Shown here piece by piece: positions 32,231 to 47,810 of a stretch of DNA of 64,000 bases (positions are counted from its first letter, which is position 1; each line of letters opens with the position of its first letter). The stretch is taken from assembly GCA_964016885.1 (NCBI GenBank), contig OZ024742.1:8990001-9054000 (forward strand), read 5' to 3'. Source of the stretch: Eledone cirrhosa. Taxonomy: Eukaryota. The translations under genes were made by a program, and so were the position numbers. The notes beneath the pieces were generated by a model that searched no databases, had not been told where the DNA came from, and was given only the letters and a program-made list of their open reading frames with translations.

Positions 32231-35200
32231 TATAGAGACAGACAACACAGTATTGGCTACAGTATCACATATATATAGAGACAGACAACACAGTATTGGC
32301 TACAGTATCACATATATATAGAGACAGACAACACACTATTGGCTACAGTATCACATATATATAGAGACAGACAACACAATATTGGCTACAGTATCACATA
32401 TATATAGAGACAGACAACACAGTATTGGCTACAGTATCACATGTATATAGAGACAGACAACACAGTATTGGCTACATTATCACATATATATAGAGACAGA
32501 CAACACAGTATTGGCTACAGTATCACATATATATAGAGACAGACAACAGAGTATTGGTTACAGTATCACATATATATATAGACAGACAACACAGTATTGG
32601 CTACAGTATCACATATATATAGAGACAGACAACACAGTATTGGCTACAGTATCACATATATATAGAGACAGACAACACAGTATTGGCTACAGTATCACAT
32701 ATATATAGAGACAGACAACACAGTATTGGCTAGAGTATAGCATATATATAGAGCCAGACAACACAGTATTGGCTACAGTATCACATATATATAGAGACAG
32801 ACAACACAGTATTGGCTAGAGTATAACATATATATAGAGACAGACAACAGAGTATTGGATAGAGTATAACATATATATAGAGACAGACAACACAGTATTG
32901 GCTAGATTATAACATATATATAGCGACAGACATCACAGTATTGGCTACAGTATCACATATATATAGAGACAGACAACACAGTATTGGCTACATTATCACA
33001 TATATATAGAGACAGACAACACAGTATTGGCTAGAGTATCACATATATATAGAGCCAGACAACACAGTATTGGCTAGAGTATCACATATATATAGAGACA
33101 GACAACACAGTATTGGCTAGAGTATAACATATATATAGAGACAGACAACACAGTATTGGCTACAGTATCACATATATAGAGAGACAGACAACACAGTATT
33201 GGCTAGAGTATCACATATATATAGAGCCAGACAACACAGTATTGGCTAAAGTATCACATATATATAGAGCCAGACAACACAGTATTGGCTAGAGTATCAC
33301 ATATATATAGAGACAGACAACACAGTATTGGCTAGAGTATAACATATATATAGAGACAGACAACACAGTATTGGCTACAGTATCACATATATATAGAGAC
33401 AGACAACACAGTATTGGCTAGAGTATAACATATATATAGAGACAGACAACACAGTATTGGCTACAGTATCACATATATATAGAGACAGACAACACAGTAT
33501 TGGCTAGAGTATAACATATATATAGAGACAGACAACACAGTATTGGATAGAGTATAACATATATATAGAGACAGACAACACAGTATTGGCTAGATTATAA
33601 CATATATATAGAGACAGACATCACAGTATTGGCTACAGTATCACATATATATAGAGACAGACAACACAGTATTGGCTACATTATCACATATATATAGAGA
33701 CAGACAATACAGTATTGGCTAGAGTATCACATATATATAGAGCCAGACAACACAGTATTGGCTAGAGTATCACATATATATAGAGACAGACAACACAGTA
33801 TTGGCTACAGTATCACATATATATAGAGACAGACAACACAGTATTGGCTAGAGTATCACATATATATAGAGACAGACAACACAGTATTGGCTACAGTATC
33901 ACATATATATAGAGACAGACAACACAGTATTGGCTACAGTATCACATATATATAGAGACAGACAACACAGTATTGGCTACAGTATCACATATATATAGAG
34001 ACAGACAACACAGTATTGGCTACAGTATCACATATATATAGAGACAGACAACAGAGTATTGGCTACAGTATCACATATATATAGAGACAGACAACACAGT
34101 ATTGGCTACAGCATCACATATATATAGAGACAGACAACACACTATTGGCTACTGTATCAAATATATATAGAGACAGACAACACAGTATTGGCTACAGTAT
34201 CACATATATATAGAGACAGACAACAGAGTATTGGCTAGAATATAACATATATATAGAGCCAGACAACACAGTATTGGCTACAGTATCACATATATATAGA
34301 GACAGACAACACAGTATTGGCTAGAGTATAACATATATATAGAGGCAGACAACACAGTATTGGATAGAGTATAACATATATATAGAGACAGACAACACAG
34401 TATTGGCTAGATTATAACATATATATAGCGACAGACATCACAGTATTGGCTACAGTATCACATATATATAGAGACAGACAACACAGTATTGGCTACATTA
34501 TCACATATATATAGAGACAGACAACACAGTATTGGCTAGAGTATCACATATATATAGAGCCAGACAACACAGTATTGGCTAGAGTATCACATATATATAG
34601 AGACAGACAACACAGTATTGGCTAGAGTATAACATATATATAGAGACAGACAACACAGTATTGGCTACAGTATCACATATATATAGAGACAGACAACACT
34701 GTATTGGCTAGAGTATTACATATATATAGAGCCAGACAACACAGTATTGGCTAAAGTATCACATATATATAGAGTCAGACAACACAGTATTGGCTAGAGT
34801 ATCACATATATATAGAGACAGACAACACAGTATTGGCTAGAGTATAACATATATATAGAGACAGACAACACAGTATTGGCTACAGTATCACATATATATA
34901 GAGACAGACAACACAGTATTGGCTAGAGTATCACATATATATAGAGACAGACAACACAGTATTGGCTAGAGTATAACATATATATAGAGACAGACAACAC
35001 AGTATTGGCTACAGTATCACATATATATAGAGACAGACAACACAGTATTGGCTAGAGTATCACATATATATAGAGACAGACAACACAGTATTTGCTACAG
35101 TATCTCATATATATATAGAGACAGACAACACAGTATTGGCTAGAGTATAACATATATATAGAGCCAGACAACACAGTATTGGCTAGAGTATAACATATAT

Positions 35201-38200
35201 ATAGAGCCAGACAACACAGTATTGGCTAGAGTATAACATATATATAGAGACAGACAACACAGTATTGGCTAGAGTATAACATATATATAGAGCCAGACAA
35301 CACAGTATTGGCTACAGTATCACATATATATAGAGACAGACAACACAGTATTGGCTAGAGTATAACATATATATAGAGACAGACAACACAGTATTGGATA
35401 GAGTATAACATATATATAGAGACAGACAACACAGTATTGGCTAGATTATAACATATATATAGCGACAGACATCACAGTATTGGCTACAGTATCACATATA
35501 TATAGAGACAGACAACACAGTATTGGCTACATTATCACATATATATAGAGACAGACAACACAGTATTGGCTAGAGTATCACATATATATAGAGCCAGACA
35601 ACACAGTATTGGCTAGAGTATCACATATATATAGAGACAGACAACACAGTATTGGCTAGAGTATAACATATATATAGAGACAGACAACACAGTATTGGCT
35701 ACAATATCACATATATATAGAGACAGACAACACAGTATCGGCTAGAGTATCACATATATATAGAGCCAGACAACACAGTATTGGCTAAAGTATCACATAT
35801 ATATAGAGCCAGACAACACAGTATTGGCTAGAGTATCACATATATATAGAGACAGACAACACAGTATTGGCTAGAGTATAACATATATATAGAGACAGAC
35901 AACACAGTATTGGCTACAGTATCACATATATATAGAGACAGACAACACAGTATTGGCTAGAGTATAACATATATATAGAGACAGACAACACAGTATTGGC
36001 TACAGTATCACATATATATAGAGACAGACAACACAGTATTGGCTACAGTATCACATATATATAGAGCCAGACAACACAGTATTGGCTAGAGTATCACATA
36101 TATATAGAGACAGACAACACAGTATTGGCTACAGTATCACATATATATAGAGACAGACAACACAGTATTGGCTACAGTATCACATATATATTGAGACAGA
36201 CAACACAGTATTGGCTACAGTATCACATATATATAGAGACAGACAACACAGTATTGGCTACAGTATCACATATATATAGAGACAGACAACACAGTATTGG
36301 CTACAGTATCACATATATATAGAGACAGACAACACAGTATTGGCTACAGTATCACATATATATAGAGACAGACAACACAGTATTGGCTACAGTATCTCAT
36401 ATATATTGAGACAGACAACACAGTATTGGCTACAGTATCACATATATATAGAGACAGACAACACAGTATTGGCTACAGTATCACATACATATAGAGACAG
36501 ACAACACAGTATTGGCTAGAGTATCACATATATATAGAGACAGACAACACAGTATTGGCTAGAGTATCACATACATATAGAGAGAGACATCACAGTATTG
36601 GTTACAGTATCACATATATATTGAGACAGACAACACAGTATTGGCTAGAGTATCACATACATATAGAGACATACATCACAGTATTGGCTACAGTATCACA
36701 TATATATAGAGACAGACAACACAGTATTGGCTACAGTATGACATATATATAGAGACAGACAACACTGTATTGGCTACAGTATCACATATATATAGAGACA
36801 GACAACACAGTATTGGCTAGAGTATCACATATATATAGAGACAGACAACACAGTATTGGCTACACTATCACATATATATAGAGAGTGACAACAGAGTATT
36901 GGCTACAGTATCACATATATATAGAGACAGACAACACAGTATTGGCTAGAGTATCACATATATATAGAGACAGACAACACAGTATTTGCTACAATATCTC
37001 ATATATATATAGAGACAGACAACACAGTATTGGCTAGAGTATAACATATATATAGAGCCAGACAACACAGTATTGGCTAGAGTATAACATATATATAGAG
37101 CCAGACAACACAGTATTGGCTAGAGTATAACATATATATAGAGACAGACAACACAGTATTGGCTAGAGTATAACATATATATAGAGCCAGACAACACAGT
37201 ATTGGCTACAGTATCACATATATATAGAGACAGACAACAGAGTATTGGCTAGAGTATAACATATATATAGAGACAGACAACACAGTATTGGATAGAGTAT
37301 AACATATATATAGAGACAGACAACACAGTATTGGCTAGATTATAACATATATATAGCGACAGACATCACAGTATTGGCTACAGTATCACATATATATAGA
37401 GACAGACAACACAGTATTGGCTACATTATCACATATATATAGAGACAGACAACACAGTATTGGCTAGAGTATCACATATATATAGAGCCAGACAACACAG
37501 TATTGGCTTGAGTATCACATATATATAGAGACAGACAACACAGTATTGGCTAGAGTATCACATATATATAGAGACAGACAACACAGTATTGGCTAGAGTA
37601 TAACATATATATAGAGACAGACAACACAGTATTGGCTACAGTATCACATATATATAGAGACAGACAACACAGTATTGGCTACAGTATCACATATATATAG
37701 AGCCAGACAACACAGTATTGGCTAGAGTATCACATATATATAGAGACAGACAACACAGTATTGGCTACAGTATCACATATATATAGAGACAGACAACACA
37801 GTATTGGCTACAGTATCACATATATATAGAGACAGACAACACAGTATTGGCTACAGTATCACATATATATAGAGACAGACAACACAGTATTGGCTACAGT
37901 ATCACATATATATAGAGACAGACAACACAGTATTGGCTACAGTATCACATATATATAGAGACAGACAACACAGTATTGGCTACAGTATCACATATATATA
38001 GAGACAGACAACACAGTATTGGCTACAGTATCACATATATATAGAGCCAGACAACACAGTATTGGCTAGAGTATCACATATATATAGAGACAGACAACAC
38101 AGTATTGGCTACAGTATCACATATATATAGAGACAGACAACACAGTATTGGCTACAGTATCACATATATATTGAGACAGACAACACAGTATTGGCTACAG

Positions 38201-39039
38201 TATCACATATATATAGAGACAGACAACACAGTATTGGCTACAGTATCACATATATATAGAGACAGACAACACAGTATTGGCTAGAGTATCACATATATAT
38301 AGAGACAGACAACACAGTATTGGCTAGAGTATAACATATATATAGAGACAGACAACACAGTATTGGCTACAGTATCACATATATATAAAGACAGACAACA
38401 CAGTATTGGCTAGAGTATCACATATATATAGAGCCAGACAACACAGTATTGGCTAAAGTATCACATATATATAGAGCCAGACAACACAGTATTGGCTAGA
38501 GTATCACATATATATAGAGACAGACAACACAGTATTGGCTAGAGTATAACATATATATAGAGACAGACAACACAGTATTGGCTACAGTATCACATATATA
38601 TAGAGACAGACAACACAGTATTGGCTAGAGTATAACATATATATAGAGACAGACAACACAGTATTGGCTACAGTATCACATATATATAGAGACAGACAAC
38701 ACAGTATTGGCTACAGTATCACATATATATAGAGCCAGACAACACAGTATTGGCTAGAGTATCACATATATATAGAGACAGACAACACAGTATTGGCTAC
38801 AGTATCACATATATATAGAGACAGACAACACAGTATTGGCTACAGTATCACATATATATTGAGACAGACAACACAGGATTGGCTACAGTATCACATATAT
38901 ATAGAGACAGACAACACAGTATTGGCTACAGTATCACGTATATATAGAGACAGACAACACAGTATTGGCTACAGTATCACATATATATAGAGACAGACAA
39001 CACAGTATTGGCTACAGTATCACATATATATAGAGACAG

Positions 39040-42000
39040 ACAACACAGTATTGGCTACAGTATCTCATATATATTGAGACAGACAACACAGTATTGGCTA
39101 CAGTATCACATATATATAGAGACAGACAACACAGTATTGGCTACAGTATCACATACATATAGAGACAGACAACACAGTATTGGCTAGAGTATCACATATA
39201 TATAGAGACAGACAACACAGTATTGGCTAGAGTATCACATACATATAGAGAGAGACATCACAGTATTGGTTACAGTATCACATATATATTGAGACAGACA
39301 ACACAGTATTGGCTAGAGTATCACATACATATAGAGACATACATCACAGTATTGGCTACAGTATCACATATATATAGAGACAGACAACACAGTATTGGCT
39401 ACAGTATGACATATATATAGAGACAGACAACACTGTATTGGCTACAGTATCACATATATATAGAGACAGACAACACAGTATTGGCTAGAGTATCACATAT
39501 ATATAGAGACAGACAACACAGTATTGGCTACACTATCACATATATATAGAGAGTGACAACAGAGTATTGGCTACAGTATCACATATATATAGAGACAGAC
39601 AACACAGTATTGGCTAGAGTATCACATATATATAGAGACAGACAACACAGTATTTGCTACAGTATCTCATATATATATAGAGACAGACAACACAGTATTG
39701 GCTAGAGTATAACATATATATAGAGCCAGACAACACAGTATTGGCTAGAGTATAACATATATATAGAGCCAGACAACACAGTATTGGCTAGAGTATAACA
39801 TATATATAGAGACAGACAACACAGTATTGGCTAGAGTATAACATATATATAGAGCCAGACAACACAGTATTGGCTACAGTATCACATATATATAGAGACA
39901 GACAACAGAGTATTGGCTAGAGTATAACATATATATAGAGACAGACAACACAGTATTGGATAGAGTATAACATATATATAGAGACAGACAACACAGTATT
40001 GGCTAGATTATAACATATATATAGCGACAGACATCACAGTATTGGCTACAGTATCACATATATATAGAGACAGACAACACAGTATTGGCTACATTATCAC
40101 ATATATATAGAGACAGACAACACAGTATTGGCTAGAGTATCACATATATATAGAGCCAGACAACACAGTATTGGCTTGAGTATCACATATATATAGAGAC
40201 AGACAACACAGTATTGGCTAGAGTATCACATATATATAGAGACAGACAACACAGTATTGGCTACAGTATCACATATATATAGAGACAGACAACACAGTAT
40301 TGGCTAGAGTATCACATATATATAGAGCCAGACAACACAGTATTGGCTAAAGTATCACATATATATAGAGCCAGACAACACAGTATTGGCTAGAGTATCA
40401 CATATATATAGAGACAGACAACACAGTATTGGCTAGAGTATAACATATATATAGAGACAGACAACACAGTATTGGCTACAGTATCACATATATATAGAGA
40501 CAGACAACACAGTATTGGCTAGAGTATAACATATATATAGAGACAGACAACACAGTATTGGCTACAGTATCACATATATATAGAGACAGACAACACAGTA
40601 TTGGCTACAGTATCACATATATATAGAGCCAGACAACACAGTATTGGCTAGAGTATCACATATACATAGAGACAGACAACACAGTATTGGCTACAGTATC
40701 ACATATATATAGAGACAGACAACACAGTATTGGCTACAGTATCACATATATATAGAGACAGACAACACAGTATTGGCTACAGTATCACATATATATAGAG
40801 ACAGACAACACAGTATTGGCTACAGTATCACATATATATAGAGACAGACAACACAGTATTGGCTACAGTATCACATATATATAGAGACAGACAACACAGT
40901 ATTGGCTACACTATCTCATATATATTGAGACAGACAACACAGTATTGGCTACAGTATCACATATATATAGAGACAGACAACACAGTATTGGCTACAGTAT
41001 CACATACATATAGAGACAGACAACACAGTATTGGCTAGAGTATCACATATATATAGAGACAGACAACACAGTATTGGCTAGAGTATCACATACATATAGA
41101 GAGAGACATCACAGTATTGGTTACAGTATCACATATATATTGAGACAGACAACACAGTATTGGCTAGAGTATCACATACATATAGAGACATACATCACAG
41201 TATTGGCTACAGTATCACATATATATAGAGACAGACAACACAGTATTGGCTACAGTATGACATATATATAGAGACAGACAACACTGTATTGGCTACAGTA
41301 TCACATATATATAGAGACAGACAACACAGTATTGGCTAGAGTATCACATATATATAGAGACAGACAACACAGTATTGGCTACACTATCACATATATATAG
41401 AGAGTGACAACAGAGTATTGGCTACAGTATCACATATATATAGAGACAGACAACACAGTATTGGCTAGAGTATCACATATATATAGAGACAGACAACACA
41501 GTATTTGCTACAGTATCTCATATATATATAGAGACAGACAACACAGTATTGGCTAGAGTATAACATATATATAGAGCCAGACAACACAGTATTGGCTAGA
41601 GTATAACATATATATAGAGCCAGACAACACAGTATTGGCTAGAGTATAACATATATATAGAGACAGACAACACAGTATTGGCTAGAGTATAACATATATA
41701 TAGAGCCAGACAACACAGTATTGGCTACAGTATCACATATATATAGAGACAGACAACAGAGTATTGGCTAGAGTATAACATATATATAGAGACAGACAAC
41801 ACAGTATTGGATAGAGTATAACATATATATAGAGACAGACAACACAGTATTGGCTAGATTATAACATATATATAGCGACAGACATCACAGTATTGGCTAC
41901 AGTATCACATATATATAGAGACAGACAACACAGTATTGGCTACATTATCACATATATATAGAGACAGACAACACAGTATTGGCTAGAGTATCACATATAT

Positions 42001-43400
42001 ATAGAGCCAGACAACACAGTATTGGCTTGAGTATCACATATATATAGAGACAGACAACACAGTATTGGCTAGAGTATCACATATATATAGAGACAGACAA
42101 CACAGTATTGGCTACAGTATCACATATATATAGAGACAGACAACACAGTATTGGCTAGAGTATCACATATATATAGAGCCAGACAACACAGTATTGGCTA
42201 AAGTATCACATATATATAGAGCCAGACAACACAGTATTGGCTAGAGTATCACATATATATAGAGACAGACAACACAGTATTGGCTAGAGTATAACATATA
42301 TATAGAGACAGACAACACAGTATTGGCTACAGTATCACATATATATAGAGACAGACAACACAGTATTGGCTAGAGTATAACATATATATAGAGACAGACA
42401 ACACAGTATTGGCTACAGTATCATATATATATAGAGACAGACAACACAGTATTGGCTACAGTATCACATATATATAGAGCCAGACAACACAGTATTGGCT
42501 AGAGTATCACATATATATAGAGACAGACAACACAGTATTGGCTACAGTATCACATATATATAGAGACAGACAACACAGTATTGGCTACAGTATCACATAT
42601 ATATAGAGACAGACAACACAGTATTGGCTACAGTATCACATATATATAGAGACAGACAACACAGTATTGGCTACAGTATCACATATATATAGAGACAGAC
42701 AACACAGTATTGGCTACAGTATCACATATATATAGAGACAGACAACACAGTATTGGCTACAGTATCTCATATATATTGAGACAGACAACACAGTATTGGC
42801 TACAGTATCACATATATATAGAGACAGACAACACAGTATTGGCTACAGTATCACATACATATAGAGACAGACAACACAGTATTGGCTAGAGTATCACATA
42901 TATATAGAGACAGACAACACAGTATTGGCTAGAGTATCACATACATATAGAGAGAGACATCACAGTATTGGTTACAGTATCACATATATATTGAGACAGA
43001 CAACACAGTATTGGCTAGAGTATCACATACATATAGAGACATACATCACAGTATTGGCTACAGTATCACATATATATAGAGACAGACAACACAGTATTGG
43101 CTACAGTATGACATATATATAGAGACAGACAACACTGTATTGGCTACAGTATCACATATATATAGAGACAGACAACACAGTATTGGCTAGAGTATCACAT
43201 ATATATAGAGACAGACAACACAGTATTGGCTACACTATCACATATATATAGAGAGTGACAACAGAGTATTGGCTACAGTATCACATATATATAGAGACAG
43301 ACAACACAGTATTGGCTAGAGTATCACATATATATAGAGACAGACAACACAGTATTTGCTACAGTATCTCATATATATATAGAGACAGACAACACAGTAT
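39040..43400. repeat. 43-monomer (1851 bp) higher-order repeat, more than two near-identical tandem copies; a related truncated copy lies at about 36.4-37.6 kb
   Basis: Landmark ORFs at 39223, 41074 and 42925 are spaced 1851 (43x43+2). The private variant GGCTTGAG occurs at about 37505, 40173 and 42024. Confidence 0.92.
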
Positions 43401-46400
43401 TGGCTAGAGTATCACATATATATAGAGACAGACAACACAGTATTGGCTACAGTATCTCCTATATATAGAGACAGACAACACAGTATTGGCTAGAGTATAA
43501 CATATATATAGAGCCAGACAACACAGTATTGGCTAGATTATAACATATATATAGAGCCAGACAACACAGTATTGGCTAGAGTATAACATATATATAGAGC
43601 CAGACAACACAGTATTGGCTACAGTATCACATATATATAGAGACAGACAACACAGTATTGGCTACAGTATCACATATATATAGAGACAGACAACACAGTA
43701 TTGGCTACAGTATAACATATATATAGAGACAGACAACACAGTATTGGCTACAGTATCTCATATATATAGAGACAGACAACACAGTATTGGCTACAGTATC
43801 ACATATAGATAGAGACAGACAACACAGTATTGGCTAGAGTATCACATATATATAGAGACAGACAACACAGTATTGGCTACAGTATCACATATATATAGAG
43901 ACAGACAACTCAGTATTGGCTACAGTATCACATATATATAGAGACAGACAACACAGTATTGGCTACAGTATCTCATATATATAGAGACAGACAACACAGT
44001 ATTGGCTAGAGTATCACATATATATAGAGACAGACAACACAGTATTGGCTACAGTATCACATATATATAGAGACAGACAACACAGTATTGGCTACAGTAT
44101 CACATATATATAGAGACAGACAACACACTATTGGCTACAGTATCACATATATATAGAGACAGACAACACAATATTGGCTACAGTATCACATATATATAGA
44201 GACAGACAACACAGTATTGGCTACAGTATCACATGTATATAGAGACAGACAACACAGTATTGGCTACATTATCACATATATATAGAGACAGACAACACAG
44301 TATTGGCTACAGTATCACATATATATAGAGACAGACAACAGAGTATTGGTTACAGTATCACATATATATATAGACAGACAACACAGTATTGGCTACAGTA
44401 TCACATATATATAGAGACAGACAACACAGTATTGGCTACAGTATCACATATATATAGAGACAGACAACACAGTATTGGCTACAGTATCACATATATATAG
44501 AAACAGACAACACAGTATTGGCTAGAGTATAGCATATATATAGAGCCAGACAACACAGTATTGGCTACAGTATCACATATATATAGAGACAGACAACACA
44601 GTATTGGCTAGAGTATAACATATATATAGAGACAGACAACAGAGTATTGGATAGAGTATAACATATATATAGAGACATACAACACAGTATTGGCTAGATT
44701 ATAACATATATATAGCGACAGACATCACAGTATTGGCTACAGTACCACATATATATAGAGACAGACAACACAGTATTGGCTACATTATCACATATATATA
44801 GAGACAGACAACACAGTATTGGCTAGAGTATCACATATATATAGAGCCAGACAACACAGTATTGGCTAGAGTATCACATATATATAGAGACAGACAACAC
44901 AGTATTGGCTAGAGTATAACATATATATAGAGACAGACAACACAGTATTGGCTACAGTATCACATATATATAGAGACAGACAACACAGTATTGGCTAGAG
45001 TATCACATATATATAGAGCCAGACAACACAGTATTGGCTAAAGTATCACATATATATAGAGCCAGACAACACAGTATTGGCTAGAGTATCACATATATAT
45101 AGAGACAGACAACACAGTATTGGCTAGAGTATAACATATATATAGAGACAGACAACACAGTATTGGCTACAGTATCACATATATATAGAGACAGACAACA
45201 CAGTATTGGCTAGAGTATAACATATATATAGAGACAGACAACACAGTATTGGCTACAGTATCACATATATATAGAGACAGACAACACAGTATTGGCTAGA
45301 GTATAACATATATATAGAGACAGACAACACAGTATTGGATAGAGTATAACATATATATAGAGACAGACAACACAGTATTGGCTAGATTATAACATATATA
45401 TAGCGACAGACATCACAGTATTGGCTACAGTATCACATATATATAGAGACAGACAACACATTATTGGCTACATTATCACATATATATAGAGACAGACAAC
45501 ACAGTATTGGCTAGAGTATCACATATATATAGAGCCAGACAACACAGTATTGGCTAGAGTATCACATATATATAGAGACAGACAACACAGTATTGGCTAC
45601 AGTATCACATATATATAGAGACAGACAACACAGTATTGGCTAGAGTATCACATATATATAGAGACAGACAACACAGTATTGGCTACAGTATCACATATAT
45701 ATAGAGACAGACAACACAGTATTGGCTACAGTATCACATATATATAGAGACAGACAACACAGTATTGGCTACAGTATCACATATATATAGAGACAGTCAA
45801 CACAGTATTGGCTACAGTATCACATATATATAGAGACAGACAACAGAGTATTGGCTACAGTATCACATATATATAGAGACAGACAACACAGTATTGGCTA
45901 CAGCATCACATATATATAGAGACAGACAACACACTATTGGCTACTGTATCAAATATATATAGAGACAGACAACACAGTATTGGCTACAGTATCAGATATA
46001 TATAGAGACAGACAACAGAGTATTGGCTAGAATATAACATATATATAGAGCCAGACAACACAGTATTGGCTACAGTATCACATATATATAGAGACAGACA
46101 ACACAGTATTGGCGAGAGTATAACATATATATAGAGGCAGACAACACAGTATTGGATAGAGTATAACATATATATAGAGACAGACAACACAGTATTGGCT
46201 AGATTATAACATATATATAGCGACAGACATCACAGTATTGGCTACAGTATCACATATATATAGAGACAGACAACACAGTATTGGCTACATTATCACATAT
46301 ATATAGAGACAGACAACACAGTATTGGCTAGAGTATCACATATATATAGAGCCAGACAACACAGTATTGGCTAGAGTATCACATATATATAGAGACAGAC

Positions 46401-46700
46401 AACACAGTATTGGCTAGAGTATAACATATATATAGAGACAGACAACACAGTATTGGCTACAGTATCACATATATATAGAGACAGACAACACAGTATTGGC
46501 TAGAGTATCACATATATATAGAGCCAGACAACACAGTATTGGCTAAAGTATCACATATATATAGAGCCAGACAACACAGTATTGGCTAGAGTATCACATA
46601 TATATAGAGACAGACAACACAGTATTGGCTAGAGTATAACATATATATAGAGACAGACAACACAGTATTGGCTACAGTATCACATATATATAGAGACAGA
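42925..46700. repeat. Long-range duplicate of about 31133-34900 (offset 11,792 bp, 274 monomers)
   Basis: ORFs 31133/42925 and 32511/44303 are offset 11792. The rare variants GCATCAC (34111/45903), CTAGAAT (about 34235/46027) and TATAGCAT share that offset. Confidence 0.9.
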
Positions 46701-47269
46701 CAACACAGTATTGGCTAGAGTATAACATATATATAGAGACAGAAAACACAGTATTGGCTACAGTATCACATATATATAGAGACAGACAACACAGTATTGG
46801 CTAGAGTATAACATATATATAGAGACAGACAACACAGTATTGGCTACAGTATCACATATATATAGAGACAGACAACACAGTATTGGCTAGAGTATAACAT
46901 ATATATAGAGCCAGACAACACAGTATTGGCTAGAGTATCACATATATATAGAGACAGACAACACAGTATTGGCTACAGTATCACATATATATAGAGACAG
47001 ACAACACAGTATTGGCTACAGTATCACATATATATAGAGACAGACAACACAGTATTGGCTACAGTATCACATATATATAGAGACAGACAACACAGTATTG
47101 GCTACAGTATCACATATATATAGAGACAGACAACAGAGTATTGGCTACAGTATCAAATATATATAGAGACAGACAACACAGTATTGGCTACAGTATCTCA
47201 TATATATTGAGACAGACAACACAGTATTGGCTACAATATCACATACATATAGAGACAGACAACACAGTA

Positions 47270-47810
47270 TTGGCTAGAGTATCACATATATATAGAGACA
47301 GACAACACAGTATTTGCTACAGTATCTCATATATATATAGAGACAGACAACACAGTATTGGCTAGAGTATCACATATATATAGAGACAGACAACACAGTA
47401 TTGGCTACATTATCACATATATATAGAGACAGACAACACAGTATTGGCTAGAGTATCACATATATATAGAGACAGACAACACAGTATTGGCTAGAGTATC
47501 ACATATATATAGAGCCAGACAACACAGTATTGGCTAGAGTATCACATATATATAGAGACAGACAACACAGTATTTGCTACAGTATCTCATATATATATAG
47601 AGACAGACAACACAGTATTGGCTAGAGTATCACATATATATAGAGACAGACAACACAGTATTGGCTACATTATCACATATATATAGAGACAGACAACACA
47701 GTATTGGCTAGAGTATCACATATATATAGAGACAGACAACACAGTATTGGCTAGAGTATCACATATATATAGAGCCAGACAACACAGTATTGGCTAGAGT
47801 ATCACATATA
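47270..47810. repeat. 6-monomer (260 bp) tandem duplication
   Basis: The TATTTGCT 45-bp monomer occurs at 47311 and 47571. Each is followed by the same TAGAG, TACAT, TAGAG, GAGCC series. Confidence 0.8.

Noticed and set aside
39223-42925. Higher-order repeat of 43 monomers of 43 bp as a meaningful number
   Set aside because: Neighbouring periods are 42, 51, 57, 62 and 85 monomers, so the match is coincidental.
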